64,000 nt of DNA from Bispira polyomma (lineage: Eukaryota), in assembly GCA_965649765.1 (NCBI GenBank), contig OZ287748.1:55614001-55678000 (forward strand). Direction: 5' to 3'. The position numbers and the translations under genes were made by a program. Shown piece after piece: positions 61,301 through 64,000 of this stretch (positions within the stretch are counted from its first letter, which is position 1; every line of letters begins with the position of its first letter). Below the pieces are notes generated by a model. The model searched no databases, was not told the DNA's origin, and saw only the letters and a list, made by a program, of their open reading frames with translations.

Positions 61301-64000
61301 AACTAGATGTACATGTGGTAAATCTAAGAGAATAAATCAAAGCTATTGGTTTACTAGGAGCTTTTAAACTAGATGTACATGTGGTAAATCTAAGAGAGTA
61401 AATCAAAGCTATTGGTTTACAAGGAGCTTTTAAACTAGATGTACATGTGGTAAATCTAAGAGAGTAAATCAAAGCTATTGGTTTACTAGGAGCTTTTAAA
61501 CTAGATGTACATGTGGTAGATATAAGAGAGTAAATCAAAGCTATTTGTTTACCAGCAGCTTTTAAACTAGATGTACATGTGGTAGATGTAGCAGAGTAAA
61601 TCAAAGCTATTGATTTACTAGGAGCTTTAAAACTAGATGTACATGTGGTAGATGTAGCAGAGTAAGTCAAAACTATTGGTTTACCAGGAGCTTTTAAACT
61701 AGATGTACATATGGAAGAAGTAGGAGAGTAAGTCAAAACTATTGGTTTACTAGGAGCTGTTAAACTAGATGTACATATAGCAGATATACAAGAGTAAATC
61801 ACAGTTATTTGTATACTAGGAGCTGTTAACCTAGATGTACATATAGCAGATATAGGAGAGTATATCAGTTATTTGTTCACTAGGAGCTGTTACACTAGAT
61901 ATACATATAGCAGATATAGAAGAGTACATCACAGTTGTTTGTTTAATAGGAGCTGTTAAACTAGATGTACATATAGCAGATATAGGAGAGCAAATCACAG
62001 TTATTTGTTTACTGGGGGATTTTAAACTAGAGGTACATATAGCAGATATAGGTGAGTGTAAGTCAAAACTATTTGTTAACCTTTATTTTTCTTTGTAATT
62101 AGTGAGGTGGCTGAATTTAAAGCCAGACTGGATGCTAGAAGAAAACCTGATGGCAGAATGGACTTTAATCTGAATGATTACAATACTGTGGCGGACGTAA
62201 GATTTATGATTTGGCTAGCATCTTTGCAATGTTTCATTTATTGATTTATAGTACAGTAATTTGAAGTAAATCTCTCCCCACCTTTCCCCCACCAATATAA
62301 GATTGGTTTTTGTTTGATAAGTCAGTCAAAGTAGATGTCAGGACTAGATTGTAGTTGGATTGAGGAAAAACCTCTATAATATTTAAAAAAGAAACCGCAT
62401 AGTCTTAAATTATAAGACCTATTATTGCTGCACACAGTCAAATTCTAGTCATATGTGGAGACACAAATTTTGTCAATTTATATTTGTCATTAAATTGAAG
62501 TAAATATGTTTTTTTCTTTGAATACAGACTTTTGATCAACTTTACATTTGGCAAAACAACTGTCCAAATGGCATCACTTGTGGAGTGAGAACAGTAGGGA
62601 ATTCACATGAAGGCGAGAACACACTGATGTTTTGGGTAAGTTGTATTTGAGTGGCTTGTGATAAAATCAATGATTATGTACCATTTTGGAAGTATAAAAA
62701 TTTGTTGGGATAATTCCATAAAACAAAAATCCTGGACAAATTCGGGTCGCTCTGTCTGCTTCATAAATTCGAACAGTTTGTGTCAATCGTTTTCACATAT
62801 TCATAGTAGAATGTATTTTGGAGAAGGATTGGAACAAGGACACCTACTCAACTCCATACCAGCCTTATTGACCCGTCCAAACTCAGGGGTGTCAGATTTA
62901 TATTATCAGGCGATTATCAGGCAAAGTCTTATGTTGTAACCATGTTGAAAATAATATGTAAAACCTTTACAGATTGATTGGAAGTAATCAACCCAACCAA
63001 AACTTAGGGGTGTTAGTCACACTGTGCGCTCATTTTTTTTAAAAAGACAATTCTTGTTACACACATGCTTTATTTAAGAAGATGGATATATTATAATTTA
63101 TTCCTTTCGGGTCAAATGGCGTACTGGAATTAAATGAACTTGCCCCATTTGTGACTTCCCCCCGAACAAATCCAACTTGTTTTGTAGTAAAAGTGTAAAT
63201 AACTCCTCTTAGTACTCAGAGATGATGAAAGACATTGACTGGATATCAACAGGGTCTATATTTATACAACATCTTATACTCACAGTAATTGCCAATTTTT
63301 TGTATCCTTGTTTACATGAAGATATAACAAAAAGGGTGATACACGGGCGGTCACAATAGTGTCTGGGTCATGATGGTGTCCGGGTCATAAAAGTTTTTAA
63401 AGAACACAATGAGGGAAATTATTGTAGCATTTAATAAAATGGTAACATCTCTAGGTTATTCTTAATAAACAAAAATTGATACATGTCATATTTCAGTTTC
63501 ATCATGAGTTTATTTTCACACCTTTGATAAATATGCTTCAATGTGACCTTAAAGAATCAATCCATGGTCAAACAATATTCAATTGTTTTGTCTTCTTTAA
63601 CCTGCAAAGCAGCAGGAATAAAACTATATTATATTTTGAATTTTTTACTTGAGATAAAAATAGAAAAGAAATTCTTCCGAATCTCTATAGATATAAATGT
63701 ATGGAAAACAAACTATTGAACACATTAAGCCACAGTTTTAGCTTATTGTAAGAATCAAACCATTCTTTCTTAAATACCCTGTAATTGTATGAGGTATGTT
63801 ATGAATTAAATACAAAATGTGATTTGGTAGTTTTGACTATCATCGTTTTTTAGATAGCATCAAGATCAGTATACTGTATAACCCTTTGTTTCTTATAGTA
63901 TACGCTTATAGTATATAGACTATACAGAAAAAAAACAATCATGTGTGTTGTTAAAGGACCTTTCTGTGTTGACATATTATTAGATGTCGGGAGGAGGGGC
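55375..64000 (+). CDS. M14A carboxypeptidase tandem paralog (copy 2), truncated by the window end; exons 55375-55442, 56718-56793, 57304-57440, 62103-62196, 62528-62635, 63984->64000
   Basis: Signal peptide MMKSLILVLCLLSLTVA then WKTYRG|YRTYKVIPQSEEQLKDLRTIYDDIE|LDVWKTSSGVGDEAHVMVSPEK..; same intron phases as copy 1; exons 4-5 appear identical to copy 1. Confidence 0.92.
55922..56023. repeat. Perfect ~50-bp tandem duplication (52-bp period) in copy-2 intron 1
   Basis: GATGTTATGGAGAATCAGTGTAGTTTACATGTATTAAGCTATTTTAAGTG at 55922 and 55974. Confidence 0.92.
57415..62080 (+). repeat. 66-bp donor-junction minisatellite of copy 2 (~6 units, LINE insertion, then ~42 units)
   Basis: Same unit as 30822-33640; starts inside exon 3 (GGTGTACATGTGGAAGATGTAGGAGA|GTAAGT, donor at 57441). 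Confidence 0.96.
57824..59268 (+). mobile_element. 5'-truncated CR1/L2-group LINE inserted in the 66-bp array, itself interrupted by unrelated sequence (~58385-59090)
   Basis: GVPQGLVLGPLLFTLY..HMYADDSQ..WMNYSKLKLNPNKTEF..CYYHIRDLKRIR; 3' tail GCGCCTTAGAAGATGCCTAGCATCAATAAGGCGC plus (TACAA)n; flanked by ATGTGGT at 57817-57823 and 59269-59275. Confidence 0.88.
60300..64000 (+). repeat. Near-identical duplicate of ~32000-35563 (offset 28440 bp in the unique part)
   Basis: Exons, introns and repeat-variant order match almost base for base (e.g. 33661 = 62101), with only a handful of substitutions and indels visible. Confidence 0.95.

Overview
AT-rich, intron-containing animal DNA, probably a marine lophotrochozoan (mollusc-like) judging from the repeat families; the taxon is an inference. 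Host genes: (1) a complete 5-coding-exon AKAP17A/SFRS17A-like splicing-factor gene (1126-6860, +); (2) a complete 11-exon, ~420-aa secreted M14A zinc prepro-carboxypeptidase with CPA-type specificity residues (28481-40579, +); (3) a tandem paralog of it starting at 55375 and running off the window. Mobile DNA: a full-length, slightly decayed Gmr1-like Ty3/gypsy LTR element (15631-22214; integrase before RT, tRNA-Pro PBS, ACAT TSD) nested in a CR1/L2-type LINE; a decayed two-gene PIF/Harbinger transposon (~43677-51830); and many LINE, SINE, MITE and Helentron-type fragments. The most notable pattern is that several tandem repeats are amplified exon-intron junctions of the host genes. A 66-bp unit spanning the exon-3 splice donor is repeated about 40-50 times in both carboxypeptidase paralogs. 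A 33-bp unit spanning the last-exon splice acceptor is repeated 17 times. The AKAP17A exon-2 donor is duplicated once. In each case many extra splice sites are mutated (GTAAGT>GTAAAT/ATAAGT; AG lost in the units next to the real acceptor). The 66-bp array also marks where the paralogs switch from diverged to nearly identical. All exon models were read by eye; no database searches were run.
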